From Camelus ferus (Eukaryota), in NCBI RefSeq assembly GCF_009834535.1, contig NC_045696.1, positions 97,590,001 to 97,654,000 of the forward strand: a DNA stretch of 64,000 nt, given 5' to 3'. The translations under genes were made by a program, and so were the position numbers. The notes below the pieces were generated by a model, which worked only from the letters and a program-made list of their open reading frames with translations, did no database searches and was not told the DNA's origin. Shown piece by piece: positions 23,194-35,747 of this stretch (its first letter is position 1; each line of letters opens with the position of its first letter).

Positions 23194-25553
23194 ACCTTGT
23201 TGGACGGCTAATACTGTTTCTGGGAAATAAGAGAAACAAGCGGCTCATTGTTGGCAGGAGCTGAGAGAGACCCAAGAAGGGCGAGAGACGTGTCTGCAGC
23301 CCTTTTTTCCCCTTCATTGTATCGTGACGGGGTCCAGGCTGGTCGGTGGCTGGGTTTTCCTTCTTACCTCTGTAGACATGTGTTTCCCATCAGACAGGGC
23401 TGCAGACACCTGTGTGACACATTGGCCAGTCCACATGAGTTAAGCCGTGTACGGCCCATAAACAGAGGAAAAGACCCGCAGCTACACCCAGACACTCTTG
23501 ATGCTGAAATATTTTTGAAGCTTCATGGGGCTGGGGCCACACAGATGTCAGAAATGATTCACACCTGTATGTTTTGGCTCCACTCCGTTGCATATCATTA
23601 TGTCCCCAAAGCCGCTGTGGCCAGAAGGGCTAGTAATGCCCAATGGTGGGACCTGTTTTCGTGTAAACCTTCCTGAATTATGGAAAATAACGCTTCAAAG
23701 TTGTTTTTTTTTTTTTTTTTTTTTGAAGGACTGAAGAAGAAAGCCCTACACCATTTTCTCTAAAACCAGATCACACAATATAGGGTGTCATCGTAACATG
23801 TGATTTGCGTTGATTTTATAAGGAAAATATTTTATAAGGAACAAAGAAATAATGAGATTATTTTAGAAGGAAATAATGAGATTAGTCTACGTTATTCATG
23901 AAATAGGGAAAAGGAAACACTTCTCATCCTTGTCACCAGATTTAACTCGGTAAATATTTTTCGACTGCAGGACAGGGAGAGCCGGGATTAGTGGTCAGCA
24001 CAGCCGACGCCGGCCAGCCGTGCATCCAGCACATTCCCTGGGCTTCCTGGGTTTGTCCCAGTCTATGCTTGTGATTTGTGCTGAGTCACTGAACCTTCCA
24101 AGTTTCTTCATCTCAAAAATGAGTGAATTGGCCTAAGTCATTGGTTTTAAATTGTGTCCCAAGGCCCCACGCCAGGGTTTCAGGGGTTTGTGAGCAGAAG
24201 CTAAGCTTTAGTTAGTATCCAGTCTCCAAGAGCTGTTTCTGTTCCACATATTTTAAAACTTTGTTCAATATTTTGACACAAGAGTTGGGAAACGCCTGTA
24301 GGGAAAGCAGAATGAAAGCCAGACCGAGAGAATTGAGAGAAGACAGTCGAAGGGGCTGCCCTCTGTGCTCAGTGACCCATGGACACCAGCACAGGCCCCA
24401 GGGTGCTGTGAATGACCCCTCCCCGCACTTGTGGGTTGTCTCTGTTTCATGCCACATATCAGGCTCTGGTGAAAGATCCTGCTGCTGGAGAACCCTGGTC
24501 GAAATGGACTAAGCCCCTTCCAGCCTGAACTTCTATAGTGATGCTTCATAGTAGGGTAAATACACAGCCGCAGCTGTGATGAGGGTGGTGGGGTGTGTAA
24601 ACCACTGACAATAAAACAGAAGGATGCAGGGGTCTTGAACAGGGAATATGCTCTGGAAGTAAAGAGAACACAGCAGCAAAAATCAAGTATTCATTAAATA
24701 TTCACGTGTAAGATTATGGGAGTAATGATTAAAATGCATCCTCAAGAGGAAGAGAGTTGTCTGTGTGTTGGGAGATGAGGGATTTCCATTTCGTTCTGAT
24801 TTTTCTTCTTTATTTTGCTTCTTAAAAAAGAAAGTCTATGACGATGATCTTATATATTAAAATGATATTTTACTACCAATTTTTGACCCATAAACCCTGA
24901 AGCTTAGCTCAGGGAGAATGTATTTTGTGTCTACTATGTGTATCAGCAAGTCAAATCAGATTTGAAATGCGCTAAATAATTTTTGTTCTTGTTCTATGTT
25001 TAGAAGGAAGATCCATATCGTTGGGGTTGGATCCGAAGGGCTGGGGGAGACTTGGCTCCTTCTCAGGTCTTATTTATAAAGAGCACACATCCAGCCTTCA
25101 GGAAGGTGAGAGTTCAGATCACAGGAAGAGAACAGTTCGGTGTTTCTTAAAAGAGCTTCTGTTCAGTGTGTATGGCTCCACCCAGAATCTGGGTTGCAAA
25201 CTAAACCAAGTGCATGTTTACGAATGATGCAATGCAATGTCATAAATAGTGCTTGATTTCCTTAAAAAGTTACAGCGTAAGTGCAGGAGTAATATTCCTT
25301 CTCCAATTATCAAGTAGTATGGGTGCAAAAGAACCAGCAGTTCTAGTTATCACCCCTGGTTATAACTAGTTATCACCCCTGGAGGACAGGCATGCTGAGA
25401 GCTCATCTGGACAGCCTGGCTGTGGTTCTGATTATCAGAGGTTATTTAATACTGGCTCTGGTTCTCTTTGTAAGGGAACTCATTAGGGTGGAAATAGGAA
25501 ACATGGGTTCTGCTGCCATGAGTTAGGTCTGGGGATGTGGACGGTCACAGGCT

Positions 25554-25659
25554 TAGGGTGATCAGCCACCCCGTTTGCCCGGGTCTCTCCCAGATCTAGC
25601 CCTGAAAGTCCCGTGTCCCAGGAAACCTCTGAGTTAAACCAGGACAGTTGGCCACCCTC
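25554..25659. mobile_element. MER81-like (hAT-Blackjack) MITE
   Basis: TIRs tagggtgatca ... ttggccaccct; internal gtttgcccggg and ctgaaagtcccgtgtcccaggaaacc. Confidence 0.75.
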
Positions 25660-26959
25660 TGTGATGGACCTCTTTCAGCATTTGTGGAGAGGAGACAGAG
25701 AACGGACTGGTCAGTAAGCCTCCAGCTGTATCCGTCTGTGATGCGGGGGCACTTGTGTTGCCCTCATGGGTGCTTAGGTCTCTAGAAGGTGTTTCTGATG
25801 AAATTTATATAAATGTATTAGTCCAGACATCAAACTGAGTTAAATACCTGTTCCACCTGGGGGGAAGAAGTTTCCCACACACCAGATCAAGTGTATTACC
25901 CAAGGTGTGTCTTCGAATGTTGCATTTTCCCCTATTTTGAGCAAACTGCAACCAGATTTTCAAAACAAATCAGCCTCTTCAAAGGTCTTCCTCTCAGGCG
26001 ATGATGCTAGATGGATTCTTTGGAACACTTAATGTTGTTTTATCATAGAAGCTGGTAAAGAAAAAAAAAAACAAGCTAAACTAAAACAGAGGTTATTTTT
26101 AATACATAGAACTGAATTGACAAGATTCTGCTTATCACCTGTGAAAACTGATATACAAGTTAAACATCTTTGAAATTTTCCTGTTAAATCACCATGTGCT
26201 TATGGAGAATTTCAGCAGATATCCTGGCAGTCTTTTATGACTCTTGCTTTCCCTATGTTTTGTTTTGGTGTGTTCTTCTGTTACTTTACGTCTTGAACAG
26301 CAGTGAGTAATTCTAGGCACATGAAACCACTTCAGCATCCACAGGCTGCCTGTTTCCTTCTCTGACTCCATGTCCTGCATAGCTACTTAGTTGACTTTTA
26401 AGAGCTTAGCACATAATAGGAGCTTTTTAAATGTTAATTCATTTTCAATTCGATTCATAATTGAATACTGCCAAGACATCTGCTGAGATGCAATGGACCA
26501 GCATTTCCTAGTATTTCTTCCTCAGGAGAATACTAGTCTTCCAAGTTTGAGAAGGGCTGCATTTTATATCTCCCTCTTGGAGAGTCTCACTGTCTGTTAG
26601 TATATTAAAGGCTCTGGGAAATCGTGCAATAAAATAAATTCTTTTAACTTTGTTTAACTCAATATTTCCCAATCTTAATGGACCATGGAACACCAGAAGC
26701 AGCTATTACAATATTTTTAAATTTTAGCTTAATATCTATTTGCTTCCATGGAACACACCTAGACTGTTTTCTTTTGAATATTTATCCATTTTTATATACT
26801 GTATAACATTTATTCATTTTTATATACCCTATAAAAACTAATTAATAGTGAGTATTGAAGAGACAGTGCCCAGCACACTTCTTGGTATTTATTGCTACAC
26901 ACACACACACACGGCACATATACACACATTACACACCCACATATACATGTACATATATT

Positions 26960-27660
26960 TTTTGAACTGTTTTAGATTTACAGAAAAATTGAATTGAGTC
27001 CCCATTTACCAAACGTCTTGTTGTATTAACACCTTACACTGTGTGCTATACCCATTATCATAAATGAACCCATATCGATACATTATTAATAACACTCACC
27101 CACGCTTGATCCCGATTTCCTTAGTGTTTCACCTAATGTCCTTTTCTGTTCCAGGGTGCCCTGCAGAAGACCTCAGTACCTCTACTTGTCATGTCTCCTT
27201 AAGCTCTTCTTGGCTGTGGTGGTTTCTGAGACGCTCCTTGTGTTTGATGCCCTTGATAGTTTGGAGGCTGAGGAATTTTGTAGGATTCCCTTCTACTGGA
27301 ATTTGTCTGATGTTCTTCTCTGACTGGGATGATGGGTCTTAGGGAGGAAGATCACAGAGGTGAAGAGCCATTTGTGTCATCTCCACGGTGACTTACCCCT
27401 GTTGATGCTGACTTTGATCACTGGGCTGGTGTACGAGATTCCTCCCCTGTGAAGCTCCTCCCCGCCGCCCCATCCAGTGCTCTTCTCTGTGGGAGGAGAC
27501 ACTATGTACCATCCACGCTTCAGGAGTGGGGATTTCCTCCCTCCCCTTGAGGACAGTGTATCTACGTTAAATTATTTGGAATTTATCTGTACAGATCTGT
27601 CTCTTCTCCTGCCATTTATTTTTTATTCAACCATTTGTTTGTATGAGTGTGGACTCATGG
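26960..27660 (-). mobile_element. Old L1M 3' region
   Basis: gtttagatttacagaaaaattg ... ttcacctaatgtccttttctgttccaggg ... gttgatgctgactttgatcactgggctg. Confidence 0.65.
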
Positions 27661-30600
27661 ATGTTATGTTGCTTAAACTAATGAATCATAGTCAGTAGCA
27701 CGTGAAGCTTTCTCCTTTATTGGCAGAGGAGAAGCACGGTTGGGGGAGGGGTCCTGGTGGTGGAAGGGGTCATGGCGTGCTTGGGGAGGCCTGCCTCACT
27801 CATCGCATGGAATTGTGCCTCTGACATGCTGAGAAAACCGCATATTTTGTAAAGTTCAACTCAAACAGCCAGGCATAGAGATCCCTCAGCAGAGAAGTTT
27901 GTTGTCAAGAGGAGAAAGGAGGCTGAGAATAAGACAAGAAGTGCGTCACTAGCAACAGGTATTCCTCTTTGGCCTTTCCAGACTCACGTGTGCATCGGGG
28001 AGAAGGATTTGAAAGGAATAACTAATTTCTGTGTCTTTCTAGGGCTTAGGTGTGGCTTCGAGCCATTGGCACGCTGGTTGTCCTTTCCATAATCTGCTCA
28101 GAGCCAGCCCCATGCAGGCCCGAGACGGGTTTTGTAGTTAAGCTTAATCTTAGGGTTTTGTTTTCTTCACTTGGCATATTGTGTGTGTGTGCGTGTGTGT
28201 GTGTGTAACCAAAGTCTATTTTAGAAACGAAGGAAGCAAGCCCAGGACACAGAAAATAAAGCCACTGAACCTCTCCGAGGCCAGAAAGACGTTTGTCAAA
28301 CATTCCAGGAGGCCCGCTGAGCAGCCTGATTCCCTGGCCTCCCTCCTCGTCTGCCGCTCCTGGCTCGGGGAAGCTGCCAAAGCACTTTGTCTAGGAGCTG
28401 TCGCTCTCTGTTTCTGGTGCTGCAAAAGGCAAAAGTTCAGGAGTGAAGTCTCTACCTTTTCCACATCTGCTTCTTATACAACAAATGATGTGCGGGCTGA
28501 GAACCGAGTCCAGGGACCTTCCTGGCCCTGAGCCTACCTGTGGGGCTTATGTGACTGAGTGTGTTGCTGGAACAGGTCAGAGGGAGCATCAGTGTCCGGG
28601 CAGCATTAACCACAGGGTTATGGGTAGTCACCGCCTCTGCCACACCCCATTCCCAGGTTGACTGTTAACTTCACCAAGGACACCATCATTAAATCAAAAG
28701 AGTGTTCGTATCTCAGACGCTGTGGAGTTGGTCTTTCTTGGTGTCTTCTTAATATTGAATAATAGCAGGGAAACATTTCTGGTCACACATCCACAGAGCG
28801 TGGGTATGCTGATTTCCAAACACAGAAGAGAAAGCCAATGATTGAAGAAGGGGGAGAAAAAGAAAAAGAAAAAGGAAAGGAGAAGAAAACAATGAAAAAG
28901 ATAAACATGGATTTAAATGTAAATTCTGACTCTCTTGGAAGGAAAAAAAAAAGAGAAGTCTCTGCCTTAGTTTTGATGCATTCCTGCTTCAATGAAGAAA
29001 TCTTCTGTTTGGGTTATTCCTTTCTGTGGGGACTGGCGAAAGTCAAGAACTGACGAGGTCTTTAGCCTTTCTGAGACATTTAATGGCTGTCTGCCCTTAA
29101 CTAGTTTGGTCTGGATACTGCATTTGAGATACTCTGCCTTTTTTTTTTTTTTTAACTGAACTATTCTCTCCCTAAAATGTTCTGGATTATTATCCCGAGG
29201 AGTTTTCTGTTTTTTGCAAGTTGAGATGTGTTCCCTCCTTGTGCTCTCCTGAGGACCTCCTCTCTGTTTCTCTCTGTCTCCGGCCTCCTCTGCCCCTTTA
29301 TCTCTGAGTAGCGACAAAAGCAGTGATTTTGCAGAACTTCAACCATCAGTGAAGTTCATGAGACTCACCCTATAGAAGGGCTGATGACAGTTTGAGATAA
29401 AACAGCTAGAGGAGGCAGAGCGGCAGGTGTGGTCACGGGCACCTGGAGTGAGTCAGGACACGGGGCTTCTAGGCTCTGGACCTCTTTATGCCCCCGACCA
29501 AATTCACTGTTGGTCTGGGTGTCGGTTCCTCACCTCCACAAGGAGGAGGAGTTACACCAGGTAGGCTCTGAACTTTAACAATCTTCACTATATTCTAGGC
29601 CTTATTCGTTGTTTTTCAAATAATTTTGGAGTTAATTCTTTTCACTTCACCAAGAAAATACTGAGTTTGATGCCTACATGGCCATGTTTTCGTTTTATGT
29701 TTTCCTTTTATATTTTTATGTTTTACATCAATAACAAATGCTGACAGAAAAACTTCAAACAGTCCAGGAAGAGGAAAAGGAAAAGATCTCCTCCCACCCC
29801 TGACACCCCGTTTCCTCTTCAGAGGCACCCACTGTTAGAAGTTCCTTGTGTACTTTTCTAGAGAGATTTGTTGTATATGTGTATGTATAATAATGTGTAC
29901 CCCCCACCCCGCAACCCCCACCTCAGCTTTTCCAATTACAAATAGTAGCATGCTAAGACAGACACTTCTGTTCCTTGGATTTTTTTCCCCCTTTCCGAAC
30001 GTTGTTTCTTAGTGGTTGTTCCATACAAGCACCTACAGGGCTTCTTCATTCTTTGGAATAGTTACGCAAAATTCCTCTGAATGAAGGAACCATGATCTCT
30101 GATTGGTGCATGCTGTTTTCTGTCTTTTGTTGTTATAGACAACACTGCGGTGAATATTCCCATACAGACGTCTCTGTTGGTGTGTGTGCTTTACTTTGAA
30201 AACAAAGCCATTGTCTGAGTCCTACTCTTTTCCAGTCTCTACAGTTAATAGTGGGAGATGGTTAGTCTGAGTTTAGTCTCAATGGTCAAATCTAAATTAA
30301 GTGGAAGAAAGCAGCATGTTCCCCATTCCCTGCTATGGACGGTCTCCTTAAGGGCTGCTGGTGGTGTAAAAACCAGCAAGGGTGTGGTTTCGGAAGAGAT
30401 CTTCTCCGAGTCTGAAGCTCTCCCTGATAAGGATGCAGACCTCTATAAAATGTGCCGAGCGGTATCTGGATGATGGGTGGAATTGAGCCAACAGAGCCCC
30501 TGTGAGCAAACAGACAGGGCTGTTTTCCCAAGGCATGGAAGACGGTCCCCATCCAATTAATTTTTCATGTCAGTAAGTTCCAGACCTGAGTCAATTTTAA

Positions 30601-32021
30601 TACTTTTCAAAGTATCTGAGTTATAAAAATTAACAGAGTTAATAACCTCTGAAATGTTAACAGAAATAATCAACATCCAAGTCTCTTTTTCGTAACCTGG
30701 GGATTTCTGGTATTGGAAATACTCAATTTACACATTTGTCTCATGGATACAACTGGGTTTGTTGGTGGTGGTGGTGGTTGTTGGGTTTGGTTTGGTTTGG
30801 TTTAGTCTATAGTAGTTACATCAGAAAAATAGGAGCATACTTTTCAGAAGGTTCGGAAACAACTGTGTCTGGAAATAATCACGATTCATCCATCTAAGCT
30901 TCCTTCTCGTGGCCTGAAAGAGGTCTTCTGAACTAAACCCTCCTGGATATCTGGACTTTGTCTTACTTGGATCTGTATTTAAGAGAACTTTTTCCATGTG
31001 ACACAGCGTGTGCGCAGTCCCTGACCTCCCACCCAGGCCTTCAGCAGAGCTTGTAATTATGCTCTAACAAGCTGTGGAAATGAAATACTTACGTTATTAT
31101 TTTGGCATCCGTCATGACTGCTTTTTTCCTTCTCTCAAACTGAGAACATAAGGAATGCCCAGCTGGTTTCATTCCTTTACTGAGCTGCCCCGAGCGCCAG
31201 GGCTGATGCTGGGAGATGAGAGTTCTTAGAGGTGGGCCTGACTCAGGAAGGGAAGCCCAAACTGGACAGAAAACTCCAGGATCTTACTTTCTCCTTGACT
31301 AGCCTGTTATTGAGCTGAGTTGTCAACCTGTCTAAACCCTCCTTGCACCCTTCCTGATTGTCTCCTGTGCAACCGTTGGGCCAGGGCCCTGTTTTGAGGG
31401 CCGGCTGTTCGAGTGGCAATTCCTTGTGCTTGACCGAAGGCTAACTGTGCAGAGAGGGCTGCTCTCAGCTTCTGCAAATGTACCTGTCTTTCAGGGTCAG
31501 GCGGGGCAGAGGGCGGCCAAGGACAGTTCAAAGGACAGGTGGGCGGCCTGCCAGGTGCTTCAGCTTTGGCCCTGGTTCCACTATGTTTCTAACCTCACCT
31601 CCCTGGGCTTCACATGATAAAAACTCTCCAAGAATCCTGACAAAGCCTGACATTCTCGTGTTCCACAGCCAAGTGAAGAAACCCACTCATTCCTTCACAC
31701 CTTCCTTCTGAAAGCCTGTTGGTTCCTATGAGGGCAGGAGCTATTTATCCAACTACAGGCCCAGTGCCTGGCACACAGTGGGGAGGCAATAAAGATTTGA
31801 GGGAGTTATAAATACATTCTAAAAAGGAATATTTTTACCCCACCTCTACTCCCATCCAGAGCATGCTCCTGTCATGGAATTAATTCTTCCTTAAGGAAAC
31901 CAATTCTTCTACAGAAAATCTTCCATGTTGGTACTGTCTTTTGAGTGTGTGTGTGTGTTGGGGGGGGGGGTTCTACACATTCACTTAATTCATAGTTGAT
32001 TAGGCTACTTTAAAATTTTTT

Positions 32022-32190
32022 GGGGGGGAGGGTACAGCTCAGTGGTAGAGCACATGCTTAGCGTGCACGACGTCCTGGGTTCAATCTCCAGTGCCTCCAT
32101 TAAACAAAACAAAACAAAACCTAATAATAAATAAATCAATAGACCTAATGCCCTCTACCCCCAACAACAATAAAAAAATAATTTGTTTAA
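32022..32190 (+). mobile_element. tRNA-derived SINE (Vic-1 type)
   Basis: ggggagggtacagctcagtggtagagcacatgcttagcgtgcacgacgtcctgggttcaatc followed by an A-rich tail. Confidence 0.88.
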
Positions 32191-33293
32191 GAAAATTTAG
32201 TTATAACATGTTTCCACATAATGTCCATAACAAACTGAAGATCTAAAGTATTTAACTTTGAACTTTAAGTAAAATATGCTAATAATTTTACCTTTTAAAG
32301 GTAGTGATACCAAACATGGCAAAAATTGAGAGTTTCTTGCTCAGAAATGAAGTAAGTGTATAAAATTACACATTGTTGCCCTGGGCCTTAAGCTAAGAGC
32401 CAATAGACTGATAAATCATGGTTTTCTGTATTATAAGATAATACCCAGCGAGAAGTTAAGCAAGTTTAACTGGTAAACTGTTTTGAGAAAAACCAGCACT
32501 TTTTAAGATGCATATTTTGTGGAAATGTCAATTATAAACTACATTAAAGGATTTAAACTTTTTTTTCTAAAGTGAGGTACGACTGCATGCTAAAATTTTA
32601 AATGTTGGGAAATTCAGAAATATAGAATATCCATAAAAAGTTTAAAATGCTTCTAGTGGCTTTATCCAATTACAAATATGGTTAGCATTTAATATAATTT
32701 CTTTCTCAGTAATTACTCTCACTAAATGATTGTCTATTTACTCACATATCACTATAAATAAATTCTTGGGGGCACCCTTTTTTAACACAGCTTTGATGGG
32801 GTCCTGCTTTTGTGTACGTCCCTGATCTAAGTGCTGTGTTTTATGTGTTGTCTCAATTCACTCGTCCATCCTAGGTGTTATTTTATACCCACCACTTACC
32901 AATGATCACCTGCCCTCTTTGGCTCTGCCATAAACATCCAAGTTGTCTGAAGAATTACACATACACTCAGATGTCCTGGTGATATGATCTCTTATGTTGT
33001 GGAATTTACTTTTGACCACTATGTTCTATGAAAGGTTCAACATGTACTCTAGACACAGGGAAGGTGTGAAATAAAATTTTTAACAAGGTGTAAAAGCTGA
33101 GACTGGATGAGTCAAGATCGGCATGAATTGAATTAAGGTAATAATTACTTAAACAGTAATGATTAACAGGAAAGTACTTGAGAAGGAATCTCAGGAATCT
33201 ATACTCTAAAGCACAGAGCATTCTGACGATCTCTTTTTGATAAGGTGCCGTGGTCCCTGGTCCGTAATCTCCCCGTTTTCTTCCCTCCCGCAG

Positions 33294-33496
33294 TGATGAA
33301 TCACCAGCACCAGCAGCAGATGGCACCCAGTTCCCTGAGCCAGCAGAACCACCCTGCTCAGAACCCACCAGCCGGGCTCATGAGTCTGCCCAACGCACTG
33401 ACCACCCAGCAGCAGCAGCAGCAGAAACTTCGACTTCAGAGGATCCAGATGGAGAGAGAGAGGATTCGAATGCGCCAAGAGGAGCTCATGAGGCAG
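33294..33496 (+). CDS. WWTR1: WWTR1/TAZ coding exon (exon 4 equivalent): Q-rich region and coiled coil
   Basis: Acceptor ttccctcccgcAG (33292-93), donor GTATGG (33497); 203 nt. MNHQHQQQMAPSSLSQQNHPAQNPPAGLMSLPNALTTQQQQQQKLRLQRIQMERERIRMRQEELMRQ; phase fits the previous exon. Confidence 0.98.
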
Positions 33497-33764
33497 GTAT
33501 GGCCTTCAGTGGTATCTGGTGGCGGCTTCGTGGCCTTCGGTGCAAGGCTAGTGGGTAGGTAGCTACTTGCCATCAGAGTAAATCTTTGTCTAGAAGCACT
33601 AAAGGCCCAAAGTCCTGTCCCACACTTCACGAGCAGGATCTAGTTTCTTTTAGCATCTGCTTCTGTGTTGAGAGCCAGACTCATGAGTACAAGGCCTAGC
33701 TGTGTCAGCATGGCTGCCTTTGGCTGTCTCTGCTCGTCATTAGGAGGAGAGGAAGAATACATTA

Positions 33765-34325
33765 CAATTATTTATTACTTTGTAATACATTACCCCAGAC
33801 CTTGGTGACTTAAAACAACAGTCATTTGATCATAGCATGCAGTTTTGCCGTCAGGAATTGAGGCAGGGCTCAGCTGGACTGTTCTTCTGCTGTATGTGGT
33901 ATTGACTGAGGTCACTTAGTGGTGTTCAGCTGGTGGGTGGGCTGGCCCAGAGGCTCCAAGATGTGTTTACTCAAGTGTGTGGCACCATGACAAGGATTTC
34001 TAGAAGACTGGGCTTGGCTGGGACTGAAACCTGGAGCATTTGTCCACGGCAGCTCTAGCATGGCAATCTCAGCTCAGTGGGACGGACTGCATAGCAGCTG
34101 GGGTCTCCCCACGAGAATACTCTAAGGGACAGGAATTGGAAGCTGTCAGTGTCTTAGGGCCTGGCTCTGGAAACTGCCACAGAGTCACTTCTTCTGTGTT
34201 CTTTGTCACAGAGCCACCCCCATACCACTGCTTGCCCCCATCCCCCACCCCCCGTAGAGCAGATAGCAGAGGGGATGTTCCAGGGAAGAAATGACTAAGG
34301 ATCTGCAGCCATCCTTGATCCGCCA
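33765..34325. mobile_element. MaLR (MLT1-type) solo LTR
   Basis: attaccccagaccttggtgacttaaaacaaca ... tcaggaattgaggcagggctcagctgg, characteristic of MLT1. Confidence 0.7.
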
Positions 34326-35705
34326 TGGAACATGAAAAAAGTTAGAGAAAACTGGAGGAGAATGAGAAAGGAAAATCTTCTGCAAATGGACTCTGTTAAA
34401 GTGGTCTGCAAAACGGCCTGGCTTTGGTCAGGCACCTTGGTGCCATGTTCCACTCATTCATTTATTCATTCCATCAGTCAGTCAACAGAATGTGTGTCCT
34501 CTGTGGGTCAGGCTCCAGGCCACATTTTCAAAAATTGAATCAAAGAGAATCCCTGAAGGAACCCACAATTTTCTCCTTGCTTCAAAGGTTTGGTCTTTGC
34601 AAGAGCAGAATTCTCTTCTGTGTTGCTATACCAACGTAGCACATGTTTTCAGGTCTCATTAATTTTGCTGGCTACATTTTTGGGGAGGAAGCCTTCAGTT
34701 TATTGTTCTAATTCTTCAGACTTTGCTTTGTAACTCACACTGAAGCAGGATACATGGGTAGCTTCCTTTTGCTAGTTTAAGGAAATAAGTACTTAACGCT
34801 TTCTTGCAGGGGGCTGGGGGAATTAGGATAAACACTGTTTTTTCTTTTAGTTATGTCTGACACTTTCAAAAATACGCATTGAGTGCCATGGGTAAATAAT
34901 GTATTTTTCATCAAATAAATTCTGAGATACAAAGTATCTATACATGTGAAGTTAAAAAACACGATGAATTAAAAGAATTCCTTAGACATAGTCTTTGAAA
35001 ATGAAGGAAATGAGTGTAAACTGTGCTTTGTTGTTCTGTTGAACTATCCTCTAAATTTGAGGAATACAACTTTGTAATACAACCATTGTTGTGCTTTTTA
35101 CCCTAAGGATTTATGTCTGAACTTTCATGGTTATTTCAGGGTAACAGCTGTTTATACTGTTTTTAGATATATGGTATCCTGTTTCTTAGCAGGAAGTAAT
35201 TGTATTTTTGTTTTCTGTCTTTGGATAATAATTCTGTTTGGAAAAATTTATCTATCTTATAATATAGAGTAAATTAGACAGTATTACAGTAGCATTTATA
35301 AGTTTTCTCTTAGTTTTATATCTAAATGAACGTAAATGAGTTTTTTTTCCACACAGCTATAACTATTCTGCAAAAAAATGACTTGTTTCTCAGTTCTGCC
35401 TCTTTCTGTGTTTCTCTTTCTCCTGCCCCACCTCCTTCTTTCCCACAGAAAGTATTTCTGAAAAGGGGTGGAGAAAAGGGCCCCAAATTGTTTCCTTTAT
35501 TCTGACCGTAGGTGCCTTTGAACCAGAATATTAGTATTGATGGTTCATATTACAGAAATACCAACCAAGTTCCATAAATGCCAATCCCTAGCGGCTGTGG
35601 AACTTGGAGCATTTTGCTGCATCATAGCATCAATTCCACTGTATAGAATCTTGAGGAGAAATGTTGCTCAGGTTTGTTCACAGGGGCTCACACAGCTCAG
35701 CTTTG

Positions 35706-35707
<2 letters not shown>

Positions 35708-35746
<39 letters not shown>
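35708..35746. repeat. (TG)n microsatellite
   Basis: Uninterrupted TG run of ~39 nt. Confidence 0.95.
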
Positions 35747-35747
<1 letters not shown>

